64,000 nucleotides of DNA from Candidatus Levybacteria bacterium RIFCSPLOWO2_02_FULL_37_18 (GTDB lineage: Bacteria; Patescibacteriota; Microgenomatia; Levybacterales; UBA12049), in assembly GCA_001784115.1 (NCBI GenBank), contig MFPD01000005.1, forward strand, positions 7,074-71,073. Direction: 5' to 3'. Positions within the stretch are counted from its first letter, which is position 1; each line of letters opens with the position of its first letter. This document shows positions 1 through 9,363 of the stretch, one piece after another. The translations under genes were made by a program, and so were the position numbers. The notes beneath the pieces were generated by a model, which ran no database searches, was not told where the DNA came from, and worked only from the letters and a program-made list of their open reading frames with translations.

Positions 1-207
1 CTGAAGACAAATGGTTGTCCACCAAAAGAGACCACGTCTCCAGCTTGTAATTCATTAAATTGAACATGAATAGTGCCGTCTGGATTGACTGATTCCTTCC
101 AGCGAGGTCCATCAGCTTGAGCAACTCCTGCTCCTGGTGTATGCAAAGCTGCTAATGTCGCGCCTACTGTTGCTGCTCTTATTAATCTTTCTTTAATTCC
201 TGCCATA
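1..207 (-). CDS. hypothetical protein, N-terminal part only (gene continues past window start); MAGIKERLIRAATVGATLAALHTPGAG...
   Basis: ATG at 205-207 on minus strand, AAGGGGGTG Shine-Dalgarno about 7 nt upstream; frame stays open to the window edge. Confidence 0.4.
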
Positions 208-352
208 TATTTCACCCCCTTTCATTCTAAAAATTCTAAATCCTAATATCGAAATCCGAAACAAATTCAAAATTCGAATTATCAAATGTTTAAAACATTT
301 TGTATTTTTAACATTTGATATTCTTTCGGATTTCGTGCTTTGGTATTCGGAT

Positions 353-1048
353 TTATGAATTCTTGTTTGTTTTCTTTCTTAATAGATATCCTGCCGCGCC
401 AAGAGGGAAGAGAGCGAGAAGGGACAGTGCCTCAGGTCCTGTTGGAGGAGTAACTTGTGCTTTGGGAAGAGGGAACACTTCTTTCCCTCCCTTGGTTTGA
501 GCCGGTAATACTTTTTTTTCGATACAAAATTGCGCGTTATCCTGGCTTGTTTGTCCTTCGGACGAAGCAGAAGTTTGGTTGACAACGCAGACTGTTCCTT
601 GGTCTTGCGGTAGTTGAGAAGCCGGCGCAATTTTTCCCTGAACCGGGAAGGTTTTGGATTCATTGGGATTTAAAGAGTCGATTTTAAAGCTAAGGGTTTT
701 TGTATTTTTGTCAAAGCTTCCCATGCCGGTGACAAATTGTACAAATTGAGGGAAAATATCTTTTACTTCTATATTAGAAAGTTTTGTCCCACCATTGTTG
801 GTAACTACTAATCGGAAAGGAACTACATTCTCGGGCGCATATTTTGGATCATTAACACCCAAAGAATCTACCATTTCGTTTGTTTTGGGATTTGCGACTG
901 TTTTATTAATGGCTAAATTTCCCGAGGTAACGCAGGTTTGTCCTCCGCCGTAGACCGGAGTACACGTAGTTGTGCCGGCTGCAAATGTAAAGCTTGTTGA
1001 TAAGAGAAATAAAGAAAGGAGACTGCCCGCGAAAAAATACTTTTTCAT
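353..1048 (-). CDS. secreted cell-surface protein; N-terminal signal peptide (MKKYFFAGSLLSLFLLSTSFTFAAG) and C-terminal sorting-signal-like tail (VTPPTG, hydrophobic stretch, RKK)
   Basis: ORF 353..1066; chose ATG at 1046-1048 (MKKYFF); the tail PPTGPEALSLLALFPLGAAGYLLRKK resembles an LPXTG-type anchor. Confidence 0.55.
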   Translation of the reverse strand: MKKYFFAGSLLSLFLLSTSFTFAAGTTTCTPVYGGGQTCVTSGNLAINKTVANPKTNEMVDSLGVNDPKYAPENVVPFRLVVTNNGGTKLSNIEVKDIFPQFVQFVTGMGSFDKNTKTLSFKIDSLNPNESKTFPVQGKIAPASQLPQDQGTVCVVNQTSASSEGQTSQDNAQFCIEKKVLPAQTKGGKEVFPLPKAQVTPPTGPEALSLLALFPLGAAGYLLRKKTNKNS

Positions 1049-1468
1049 AAAAAACAAGAACAACACAACTTATCGTTCTAGGAAATAGGCAGTTGAAATG
1101 CATTATATATATACTATATAAGCTATGTCAATACCTTTTTGTAGGCTCTTATAATTTCTTACAATTCTCTTACTCCAGAATAAATCAGCCTGTCGTAGTT
1201 AATGTCATTTGTATATGTACTATATATATAGGTTTTAAGTATTCTTTTATTGAGAAGCCGTTTTTAGATGTATTGGCTTTACCAAGTCTGACTTGGCTTC
1301 GCCGAGTTTACACTGAGCTTGTCGAACGTGCTCGCAATGACAATTCTAAGATTTAGTGTCCCACTACTAATTTGAGCCTATCCTAGTTAAGGTGTCCCAA
1401 GTCAGGAGATAATCTAGAATTCAGAGTTTAGAATTAAGAACTAAATGTATAATGTTGCATTCTTACGT

Positions 1469-1522
1469 GAATTTCGCGGTTGTCATTCTGGTAAGTCTCG
1501 CCGAAGGCGACGCAGAATGACA
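1469..1522. repeat. TGTCAT...ATGACA palindromic element (CATTCTG/CAGAATG variant) with extended gaatttcgcNgttgtcat arm
   Basis: inverted repeat ttgtcattctg...cagaatgacaa with an inner tcgccgaaggcga palindrome. Confidence 0.7.
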
Positions 1523-1688
1523 ATGGTATTTTAGTAATTTAGCTATATCATTTACTACTACGGTCGTATTAATTTGTGATATATATAAAAAGCGGATTTT
1601 AGATGATTTTATATTCAATTTATACTCAATTGTTTATTTGTTGTTTATTTGTCACGAGTTTCGCGCTTTGTCATAATACCACTTCCAT

Positions 1689-1716
1689 GTCATTCCCGCC
1701 TTCGCGGGGATGACAA
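1689..1716. repeat. TGTCAT...ATGACA palindromic element (gtcattcccgc...gcggggatgac)
   Basis: near-perfect inverted repeat, preceded by the tttcgcgctttgtcat arm motif. Confidence 0.6.
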
Positions 1717-1865
1717 AGGAGCCTAAGAGGTCAGTCTTCTAATATGATTATTTTTCGATCGACCCAGCTCAGCTGGGGAGTCGAGAAGTTCTCGACTTCA
1801 CTGCGTTACGCTCGAACAATACCATTTGTGTTAGAAGTGTGACCCGTTACCTTATTTTTTCCATA

Positions 1866-1894
1866 TTGACAAACACAGGGGAATGTGGTGTAAT
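1866..1894 (+). promoter_or_regulatory. sigma70-like promoter upstream of rho (TTGACA, 17 nt, TGTAAT)
   Basis: -35 TTGACA 1866-1871, 17-nt spacer, -10 TGTAAT 1889-1894, about 100 nt before the rho ATG. Confidence 0.45.
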
Positions 1895-1993
1895 ACACAC
1901 GGTTAAGCGCTTCTGGAGGAAAATTTCCACACTATTGATTCTAAAATATACATTATTTATTTCATGGTGAAATCTTCCTAACTCAAAACTCAC

Positions 1994-3319
1994 ATGTCAA
2001 AAATCAACCCCGATCAAATCGGGACCAAAACCAAACCAACAGAAAAAAATACAACTCCTTCCAAAGTAGAGAAGATTATTGGCGAACCAAAGGTACCACA
2101 AGAAGTAAGTTCGCAGCAGAGTTCAAAACAGAGTTCAAACGAAGATTTAGGTGATAGTTCGTATGGGAGAACACAAAATCGCATGTATTCCAATGATGTG
2201 TTATCAAGAGAGCAGAATACCGAGCCGGTTGTAGGTATTTTAGATATCCAGCCGGAAGGCCATGGATTTTTACGGCCTAAATTTATTCCTTCTTCAAGAG
2301 ACATTTACATTTCTCAGTCACAAATTAGAAGATTTTTGCTCCGTCCGGGAGACTCGGTAGCAGGAGTAGCAAGGCCACCCAAAGACACGGAAAGGTATTT
2401 TGGGCTTTTAAAGGTTGAGACAGTAAACGGAATTCCCGCAGATGACTCTTTTAAACGGCCTCACTTTGACGATCTGACGCCAATTTATCCAAAAGCTCAA
2501 GTTGTTTTAGCCACAGGCAAAACTCCTTTATCAACCAGAATTTTAGATTTAGTTTCTCCCATTGGATTTGGTCAAAGAGGCATGGTTGTGTCTCCGCCAA
2601 AAGCCGGTAAAACAACGATTTTAAAAGAAATCGCTGCCGGAATTTCCCAGAATTTTCCCAAAGCGCATTTAATGGCAGCATTAATAGGAGAGCGACCGGA
2701 AGAAGTAACCGACATCTCACAATCTGTCAAAGGAGACGTGGTAGCGTCTAATTTTGACGAGCCGCCGGAAAGTCAAACCAGGGTCGCGGAAATAACCTTG
2801 GACAGGGCCAAGAGACTGGTAGAAATGGGAATTGACGTGATTATCCTGCTTGATTCTATTACACGGCTTGCCCGGGCATATAATCTTTCCATTGCTCCTT
2901 CGGGTCGTACTTTGTCAGGCGGATTTGATCCTGCTGCGTTATGGCCGGCAAAGCGGTTTTTTGGCGCAGCCAGAAACTGTCAGGAAGGCGGATCTTTAAC
3001 TATTATCGGTACTGCTTTGGTTGAAACCGGTTCGCGCATGGATGATTTGATTTATGAAGAATTTAAAGGTACGGGAAACATGGAACTTCATTTGGACAGA
3101 AAACTGGCAGACAGAAGAATTTTCCCGGCAATTAATGTAGAAAGAAGCGGTACCAGACAGGAAGAATTAATTTTATCGGAAAAAGATTATAAGCGGATTG
3201 TAACCATGAGAAGAATGCTTGACATGCTGGGTTCGGACGAAAGGACGCAAATGTTAATTGACAGGCTTTCCAAAACAGCCACAAATGAGGAATTCCTCGA
3301 GGGACTTGGGAAAGAATAA
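1994..3319 (+). CDS. rho: transcription termination factor Rho (low-complexity N-terminal region, then cold-shock-like RNA-binding domain and RecA-like ATPase)
   Basis: DIYISQSQIRRFLLRPGD (Rho RNA-binding domain), Walker A SPPKAGKTTILKEIA, Rho C-terminal region. Confidence 0.9.
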   Translation: MSKINPDQIGTKTKPTEKNTTPSKVEKIIGEPKVPQEVSSQQSSKQSSNEDLGDSSYGRTQNRMYSNDVLSREQNTEPVVGILDIQPEGHGFLRPKFIPSSRDIYISQSQIRRFLLRPGDSVAGVARPPKDTERYFGLLKVETVNGIPADDSFKRPHFDDLTPIYPKAQVVLATGKTPLSTRILDLVSPIGFGQRGMVVSPPKAGKTTILKEIAAGISQNFPKAHLMAALIGERPEEVTDISQSVKGDVVASNFDEPPESQTRVAEITLDRAKRLVEMGIDVIILLDSITRLARAYNLSIAPSGRTLSGGFDPAALWPAKRFFGAARNCQEGGSLTIIGTALVETGSRMDDLIYEEFKGTGNMELHLDRKLADRRIFPAINVERSGTRQEELILSEKDYKRIVTMRRMLDMLGSDERTQMLIDRLSKTATNEEFLEGLGKE

Positions 3320-3387
3320 TATAAAATTTCTAAATCCTAAATCCTAATGTTCTAACGTGTAACTGTTCACGCTTCCGACACGATCTC

Positions 3388-3455
3388 GTCATCCTGAGCG
3401 TAGTAAAGGATCTATTCGGTAAAAGATTCTTCTGCTTTCAGTCTCAGAATGACAG
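3388..3455. repeat. TGTCAT...ATGACA palindromic element (gtcatcctgagcg...ctcagaatgacag) in the rho 3' intergenic region
   Basis: inverted-repeat termini GTCATCCTGAG / CTCAGAATGAC. Confidence 0.6.
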
Positions 3456-3536
3456 TTTTATGTTAGAACTGTGACCTGTTACTCTAACGTAATTTATTTG
3501 ACTTTCTTATCAAATCTTGCTACTCTTTAAGCTCCC

Positions 3537-4655
3537 ATGTTTTCCAAATTTAAACTTCCAAAGATTGAGTGGCCTGCTGTATTAAATGTATTGTCTCTCT
3601 TTTCAAGCTTTCTATTTTACTATTGGAAGAAAAGAGTCCTAACCGCTTCGATTGTTTTTGAGAAAAACAAAAACGTGGCGGTTAGGTTTTTTATCATGAA
3701 GCGGGGTCGGTACAACCGGCCGTTTTTGCATATTACCACCATGATTGTTTTGGCAATCGGCGTTTTTATTGCTCCTTTTTTAGCAGACACCTATCCGGTG
3801 TTTTCAACAGGTTCTTCAACGTTTGCGTTTTCAACATTAAATAAAGCAGAATCTATAACAGTTGATTCACAAGTTTTTTCAACCAATGTTTCGCAAAAAC
3901 CCAGGGATAAGATAGAAACGTATATAGTACAAAAAGGAGATACGCTTTCGACAATCGCCAAGAAATTTGATATATCGGTCGAAACGATTAAATGGGCAAA
4001 TGATTTAACAGATGATGACTTAACAGTAGGGGATACTTTAAAAATTTTGCCGGTTACAGGAATATCTCATAAGGTATCAAAAGGAGATACAGTATATACA
4101 ATTGCTAAAAAATATGACATAAATCCGCAGCTCATCGTTGATTTTCCATTTAATGAGTTCGCAAACCCGGAGACATTTTCTTTAGTAGAGGGGCAGATCG
4201 TTATAGTCCCGGAGGGAGTAAAGCCGTCAGAAAAGCCTGTATTCAGGAGACAAACGTATGTAGTCCAAGGACCAATATCAATCTCTTCTGCAGGATTTAC
4301 TTGGCCTTTGCGGGGAGAAATCAGCCAGTTTGCCGCGTGGTATCACATGGCTTTAGATATTACCTCACCTGTTGGTACGCCAATTGTTGCAGCTCAGGAT
4401 GGGAAGGTCGTTAAATCCTTAATTGGAGTATGGGATGGAGGATATGGGACAAGTGTTATGGTAGATAATGGAGAAGGGTATTCTTCTTTGTATGCGCACT
4501 TGTCAGGAGTTAGCGTAGATGTAGGAGATACCGTTGTAGCGGGAAAGACAGTTTTAGGCTGGGTTGGAATGACAGGGAGAACTACAGGTCCTCATGTCCA
4601 TTTCGAAATCAGCCGCAATGGAGTCTTAGTTAATCCAATGTCGTACCTACAGTAG
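3537..4655 (+). CDS. LysM-domain (x2) M23 family metallopeptidase (peptidoglycan hydrolase); alternative start ATG at 3696 (MKRGRYNR)
   Basis: two LysM motifs (YIVQKGDTLSTIAKKF, HKVSKGDTVYTIAKKY); M23 motifs HMALDI...GYGTSVMVDNGEGYSSLYAHL...GPHVHFEI. Confidence 0.85.
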   Translation: MFSKFKLPKIEWPAVLNVLSLFSSFLFYYWKKRVLTASIVFEKNKNVAVRFFIMKRGRYNRPFLHITTMIVLAIGVFIAPFLADTYPVFSTGSSTFAFSTLNKAESITVDSQVFSTNVSQKPRDKIETYIVQKGDTLSTIAKKFDISVETIKWANDLTDDDLTVGDTLKILPVTGISHKVSKGDTVYTIAKKYDINPQLIVDFPFNEFANPETFSLVEGQIVIVPEGVKPSEKPVFRRQTYVVQGPISISSAGFTWPLRGEISQFAAWYHMALDITSPVGTPIVAAQDGKVVKSLIGVWDGGYGTSVMVDNGEGYSSLYAHLSGVSVDVGDTVVAGKTVLGWVGMTGRTTGPHVHFEISRNGVLVNPMSYLQ

Positions 4656-4822
4656 CATACAGTATAGAGTATATGGTATTATAGTATATAGCAAATAAAA
4701 TCTTGTTCCCGAATACAATATACTTTATACCCGATACTCTATACTCGTTTGGGCCTGTAGGTAAACGGCATACCGATACATTCGCATTGTATAATTCCGA
4801 GTTCAATTCTCGGCAGGTCCAC

Positions 4823-4898
4823 GGGCCGTTAGCTCAGTTGGCAGAGCGTTCGCATGGCATGCGAAAGGTCACCAGTCCAAATCTGGTACGGTCCACCA
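4823..4898 (+). tRNA. tRNA-Ala (anticodon GGC), CCA encoded
   Basis: cloverleaf GGGCCGT / TAGCTCAGTTGGCAGAGCG / TTCGC-ATGGCAT-GCGAA / ACCAG-TCCAAAT-CTGGT / ACGGTCC-ACCA; G3:U70 Ala identity pair; anticodon loop aTGGCat. Confidence 0.8.
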
Positions 4899-5394
4899 TG
4901 TCATAATTCTTCTAGTATTTTCTTTAAGGCTTAATATGGAGTGAGGTAGGTTTTGTTAGATTTTCTTCTGTTTTCTCCATTCTCTGAGGCTAAATCACCC
5001 TGATGGACAGTATCTATCTTGATATACCCTGGACTTTTCCTCTTTCACCTTTCCTTAACTTTCTGAAATTAAACCTCACTAAAACTTCCTTAACCCATTC
5101 ATACTTTTGTTTCTTGGAACCTCCTGAAAACTTGACAGGAGGTATTCCATTTAAGAATTTCCCCAGAGCATTAAAGTCATTTAAGTTTGTATCAATCATA
5201 GTAATATTCATAACCTATGATTTTACAAGACCTTAGCTTCTACATGCTCATCTTGCATGAGACAAGACTTCTTCTTGCTATTTTCATTTTTATTATATAT
5301 AATACATTTTGGATGAACCAGCTTCTTTCGTCACCGCTCTGATTTTTGAGATGGTAGACCAAAAAGAGATATGGAATCAGAGGAGGTGAGAAAC

Positions 5395-5463
5395 TAATTT
5401 ACAATTTTCAATTTACAATTTTCAAATAAATTTTGAATTTTGCATTTTGAATTTTAAATTTAC
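5395..5463. repeat. heptamer-periodic AT-rich tandem repeats (caattta / caatttt / gaatttt)
   Basis: visible about 7-bp periodicity, directly upstream of CDS 5467. Confidence 0.6.
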
Positions 5464-5466
5464 TTC

Positions 5467-5748
5467 ATGGCTTTTCAAGATCAAACATTACAATGCCGAG
5501 ATTGCGGCAAACAATTTACCTGGACAGCTTCGGAACAAGAATTCTATCAGCAAAAAGGTTTTCAAAACGCTCCGGTCAGATGTCCTGATTGTAGAACTTT
5601 AAAAAAGGCTCGAATGAACAATCAAGACCGACCACGAGAAATGAATGAGATAACATGCGCGGAGTGCGGAAGAAAAGACACAGTACCGTTTGTACCGCGA
5701 GGTGACAGACCGGTACTTTGTCGAGATTGCTTTAGAAAAGGAAAATAA
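5467..5748 (+). CDS. double zinc-ribbon protein (four CxxC pairs), basic C-terminus
   Basis: CRDCG...CPDC and CAECG...CRDC motifs; 93 aa. Confidence 0.6.
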   Translation: MAFQDQTLQCRDCGKQFTWTASEQEFYQQKGFQNAPVRCPDCRTLKKARMNNQDRPREMNEITCAECGRKDTVPFVPRGDRPVLCRDCFRKGK

Positions 5749-5844
5749 AAAGGGTTTAATCGGATCCCGTTCTACATTGCAAGACCCGCTCAGCGAGTCT
5801 TGTTACTTTAGTTGAGAGTTTATTTTCTTTCGCTAAGTGAAAGT

Positions 5845-5898
5845 CGGCTCCGAATCTAAATAAATATTCAAGATTATACTGAGCCGACTTTCAATTGT
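5845..5898. terminator. long-stem hairpin (gaaagtcggctc...gagccgactttc) between convergent genes; possible bidirectional terminator
   Basis: 12-bp perfect inverted repeat with AT-rich loop, between the 3' ends of 5467..5748(+) and 5921..(-). Confidence 0.4.
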
Positions 5899-5920
5899 CT
5901 TGCAAGTGGAAACAGGATCC

Positions 5921-8062
5921 TTATTTATTTGTAGCGGATTTAGTAGACGTAAGAGCAGGAATGGCAATCGGAGGTTTTTTCTCCGGCAATTGAGTAGTTG
6001 GTTTGTTTATCCCCAGCTTGTCTGTTGGTTTCTCAGCTGCTTTTTTCGCTTCTTCTGCTTGAGTTTTTCCCGTTTGAATCTTTTTTTCTACGCTGTCAAT
6101 TTCCACTTGAATTTTGGAACTATTGGCAGTATCAGAGGCAACTAATGTCTTAACGGTTTTATATTGCGTTAAAGCTTCCTCTAAATCGCCTTTGCTTTCT
6201 AATGCATGGCCTAAATTGTAATAACCGTTTGGCAGGTCCGGTTTTAGAGAAATTGCGATTTGGAATTGTCTTTGGGCATTATCCCATTGTCCAAGCTGGT
6301 AATAGACTCCGCCAAGGTAGATATATTGCTGCGGGTTATTTGAATCTAAAGCTTGTGCTTGTTGAGAAGCGAGTATCGCAAAGTTTTCCGCGCTCTGACC
6401 AAAGCCGATTAGGCTTCTGTAGATAGAGGAAAGATTTTCCCAGTTTTGCGAAGTTTTGGGAGAAAGACTAGTTGCTGTTTTAGCCGATTCAATTGCCTGT
6501 TGGATGAGCCTGTAAATAGTAGCTTGGGTTTGCGTATTGTCACTGCTGCCTTTTTGCTGGTTAGCTATAAATGCCGCCACGGCTATATTGGTTTGCGAGA
6601 ATACCCGGTAGTATCCGTCTCTGTACGGAAAGAGTTTGATAGCACTGTTTTGATAATCATATGTTTGAGAACCGAGGTTTTTTGAAGCCGCAACGACCGA
6701 TTTCTGAAACAAAACATCCGAGGCAACATAGAGATAGGTATAATATCCAAGCGCCAACGAAACTCCTGCCAGCAGTAAAAAAAATACTGCCGGGAGGAAT
6801 TTTCCTCTTTCTTGCGGTTTTGAGTCCACGTTTTCGATAGCAAACATTCCCCTTTTTAAAGCTACAAAATATATTTCTATGTCAAAAATACTCTGAGGAT
6901 TTGTTCCTATTGCTGCTTCGGAAACGGCAAAAAGCCCCAAAATGACAAAAAAGAGCGTAATAATAGTCGGCGAAAACGGCAAGACAAGACTTGCCGCCAA
7001 TAAGAGAAGGAGAGACAAAGAATATGGATTTTTAGAATAATTTCCTCCGGTGAAATACCCAAGGGGATGTGTTGTCTTAATGACTTTTACGGCGATATAT
7101 AGAAATGATACAAGTCCTAATACTCCGGTAGTTGCTAAGAGTTCCAAGACAAAACTTGAGGACCGGTAAAACGTTAAAGACCACATATTTGGATTTAGAT
7201 TAAACTGTGCTTGTTTAAATTTGGTAAAAACGCTGGCAAACGTGCCGAATCCCGATCCGAATAAAAATCCTTGAAACAATCTTTGAGAATCCTGAGAAAT
7301 AGAAGCAAAAGCGGTCTGAAAACCGGTTGAGAAGGGAAGGATAAGTGCTTTTTGCGGGAAAGCCAAAGCATACAGCGTAACACTTGTCCCGATAAGCGTT
7401 AGAAGTGTAGTGATAGCCAGCAATAAAAATTGCGGATCTTTTATTTGCTTTTGGAGATTTTTGATGTTTGTCTTTCTTATTCCATCAGGAAAAAGCATGG
7501 GAAAGAAGAATATTCCCAAAGCCAAAGTAATTACTAAAAAGAGAGCCTGATCGATAAGTGATCCAAACGGGCTGAAAAACTGGGTTTTGGTGTAAGAAAG
7601 CGGCAGTATATAGATTTTAAAATAGGAAAACGTGATAATAACAGAAACAACGCTGCTTGCTGAAAGGAGTACTAAAATCGAAAAAATCGCGTCAAATTTA
7701 GTCCTGAGATGATTTACAATAGCAAAGAAAAGAAGGACTGAAAAAAGAAACGGAAACAGGCTAATAATAGAATCAATTCTATTGGGTGAGAAGAAAGCAG
7801 AAACGGCGACAAAAAGAGTAAAGAGTAAGACCGGTACGTCAAAAAATGTCCTTCGAATCCTTACTGTCCCATCCTGAATCGATTTTAGTCCGATAAGAAG
7901 AATTCCCAAAAGAGAAGCAAAAGCAAGGAGAGTTTGTTTTGGCACGCTAAAAATGTCTGTGGTTTGGTTGGTCAAAATAAGCGGAAAGCCGATTAAAAAT
8001 ATGCCTAAAACAGCCAAAGAAACAAGATGTAAAGTAGAAAAATTCTTTAGTTTTAATTTCAT
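5921..8062 (-). CDS. polytopic membrane protein (O-antigen ligase / Wzy-like region) with C-terminal TPR repeats and Lys/Pro-rich tail; ORF extends open to 8335, ATG (MKLKLKNF) at 8062 preferred
   Basis: many TM helices; TPR-like LGHALESKGDLEEALTQYK; classic basic-then-hydrophobic N-terminus at MKLKLKNFSTLHLVSLAVLGIFLIGF. Confidence 0.6.
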   Translation of the reverse strand: MKLKLKNFSTLHLVSLAVLGIFLIGFPLILTNQTTDIFSVPKQTLLAFASLLGILLIGLKSIQDGTVRIRRTFFDVPVLLFTLFVAVSAFFSPNRIDSIISLFPFLFSVLLFFAIVNHLRTKFDAIFSILVLLSASSVVSVIITFSYFKIYILPLSYTKTQFFSPFGSLIDQALFLVITLALGIFFFPMLFPDGIRKTNIKNLQKQIKDPQFLLLAITTLLTLIGTSVTLYALAFPQKALILPFSTGFQTAFASISQDSQRLFQGFLFGSGFGTFASVFTKFKQAQFNLNPNMWSLTFYRSSSFVLELLATTGVLGLVSFLYIAVKVIKTTHPLGYFTGGNYSKNPYSLSLLLLLAASLVLPFSPTIITLFFVILGLFAVSEAAIGTNPQSIFDIEIYFVALKRGMFAIENVDSKPQERGKFLPAVFFLLLAGVSLALGYYTYLYVASDVLFQKSVVAASKNLGSQTYDYQNSAIKLFPYRDGYYRVFSQTNIAVAAFIANQQKGSSDNTQTQATIYRLIQQAIESAKTATSLSPKTSQNWENLSSIYRSLIGFGQSAENFAILASQQAQALDSNNPQQYIYLGGVYYQLGQWDNAQRQFQIAISLKPDLPNGYYNLGHALESKGDLEEALTQYKTVKTLVASDTANSSKIQVEIDSVEKKIQTGKTQAEEAKKAAEKPTDKLGINKPTTQLPEKKPPIAIPALTSTKSATNK

Positions 8063-8458
8063 GTTTTTGAGTGTATATTTACTGTAACAACGAAAAAATA
8101 TCTTGTCAATAGATCGAAATATAACAAAGTTGTCATACCCGCTGACATTAAACAGGTTTAATCTATGCGCCAGGTAAAAAGCTGATAAGCATGTTCCGCC
8201 GGTTAAGAAAAATGAGCTAGCAAATGATGCACTAAAAAAAAGCTGTAAAATTGTAATCTGGTGTGGTAGCAAGATAGCCTTATTATTAAGGCTATACATG
8301 GTATCCCCAAACCTGTAATGCTCTATGCCAGGCATTTTTGACAGTTTTGGGCAGCGATAACTTAGGGAAATAACTAACGATTTCAGAAATTGTTAGGTAC
8401 TTAAAAATATCTTGGTAATGGGCATGGGTAAGTATACGGCCAATAATCCACCTTTTTT

Positions 8459-8797
8459 CTACTTCATTTTTGCCATTGAGGATGGCATGAATTTGTGCAT
8501 CGTTCCTTCCAGAATGACACTATACAAGTCTTTCCAATTCGGATTCATACCTTCAACTAACTGGTTTTTCTTCCTTCTAACAAGGTTTTTAATAGTTTTT
8601 TCTCTTGCAATGGCAATCATGGGATGTTCTGCTACTTCGTAGTAAACAAGCTTGTTAATATTGTATTTGCTGGTGAATCCATTTGCTACTTTATTTTTGT
8701 GTTGCCAAACGCGTTTTATAAGATTATCGGTCATTCCGTTATAAAGTGTGGTGTTTGTTTTGTTAGTCATAATATAAACATAATATTGTTTAGACAT
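8459..8797 (-). CDS. GIY-YIG nuclease superfamily protein (UPF0213-like)
   Basis: YVYIMTNKTNTTLYNGMTDNLIKRVWQHK...KLVYYE GIY-YIG motif. Confidence 0.75.
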   Translation of the reverse strand: MSKQYYVYIMTNKTNTTLYNGMTDNLIKRVWQHKNKVANGFTSKYNINKLVYYEVAEHPMIAIAREKTIKNLVRRKKNQLVEGMNPNWKDLYSVILEGTMHKFMPSSMAKMK

Positions 8798-8958
8798 ATG
8801 TTAGATTCTATCGTGGTCGTTGCCACTCCAGAATGACAAAAATATTAAGGCGCACCAGTAGATGGGCCAAATTCTGACAGCCCCCTCCTATATTAAACTC
8901 TAATCTCTAAACACTAAATTCTAAACAATATCTAAATTACAATTTTTAAAATACCAAA

Positions 8959-9318
8959 TTATTTTGATTTTTCTACAATTGAACCAAATATTTTCATCAA
9001 CTCTAATGATTCACTAATGAGATCTTCTTGTTCTTTTGCATTTTCTGATGAAGGTTCTGTTAATCTTAACCATAATCTAGATTCTTTAGTTTCTTTTTTA
9101 CAAATTTTTACTCTTAAAACAAAGTCTTTTTTACTTAAAGATTCATTTGCTTCTATATAGTTGGCAGCCTGAGAACCTGAAGATCTAGTGAGTTGTTTTC
9201 CATATTCTATGTTAGTCATTGTTCTAGGTAGTTTTTTAACATACTCCCGCACTCTGTGAGCGAACTTAAATGTCCTTTCTTCCAAATCATATGGTTTGTT
9301 ATTTATAGTTTGTGTCAT
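8959..9318 (-). CDS. four-helix-bundle protein (family typically encoded in 23S rRNA intervening sequences)
   Basis: FAHRVREYVKKLPR...YGKQLTRSSGSQAANYIEANES pattern of the four-helix-bundle family. Confidence 0.7.
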   Translation of the reverse strand: MTQTINNKPYDLEERTFKFAHRVREYVKKLPRTMTNIEYGKQLTRSSGSQAANYIEANESLSKKDFVLRVKICKKETKESRLWLRLTEPSSENAKEQEDLISESLELMKIFGSIVEKSK

Positions 9319-9363
9319 TAGTATTTGTTTCGTATTTAGATATTAGTATTTAGAATTTTCATC

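Noticed and set aside
1093-1356. Small ORFs in intergenic or antisense positions (for example 1093..1356, 4703..4906, 5003..5236, 6202..6426, 8412..8642, 30051..30440, 50345..50698 and other ORFs of 80 aa or less in the track)
   Set aside because: No RBS or recognisable domains. They overlap better-supported genes, tRNA (4703..4906 covers tRNA-Ala) or repeat elements. Judged spurious.
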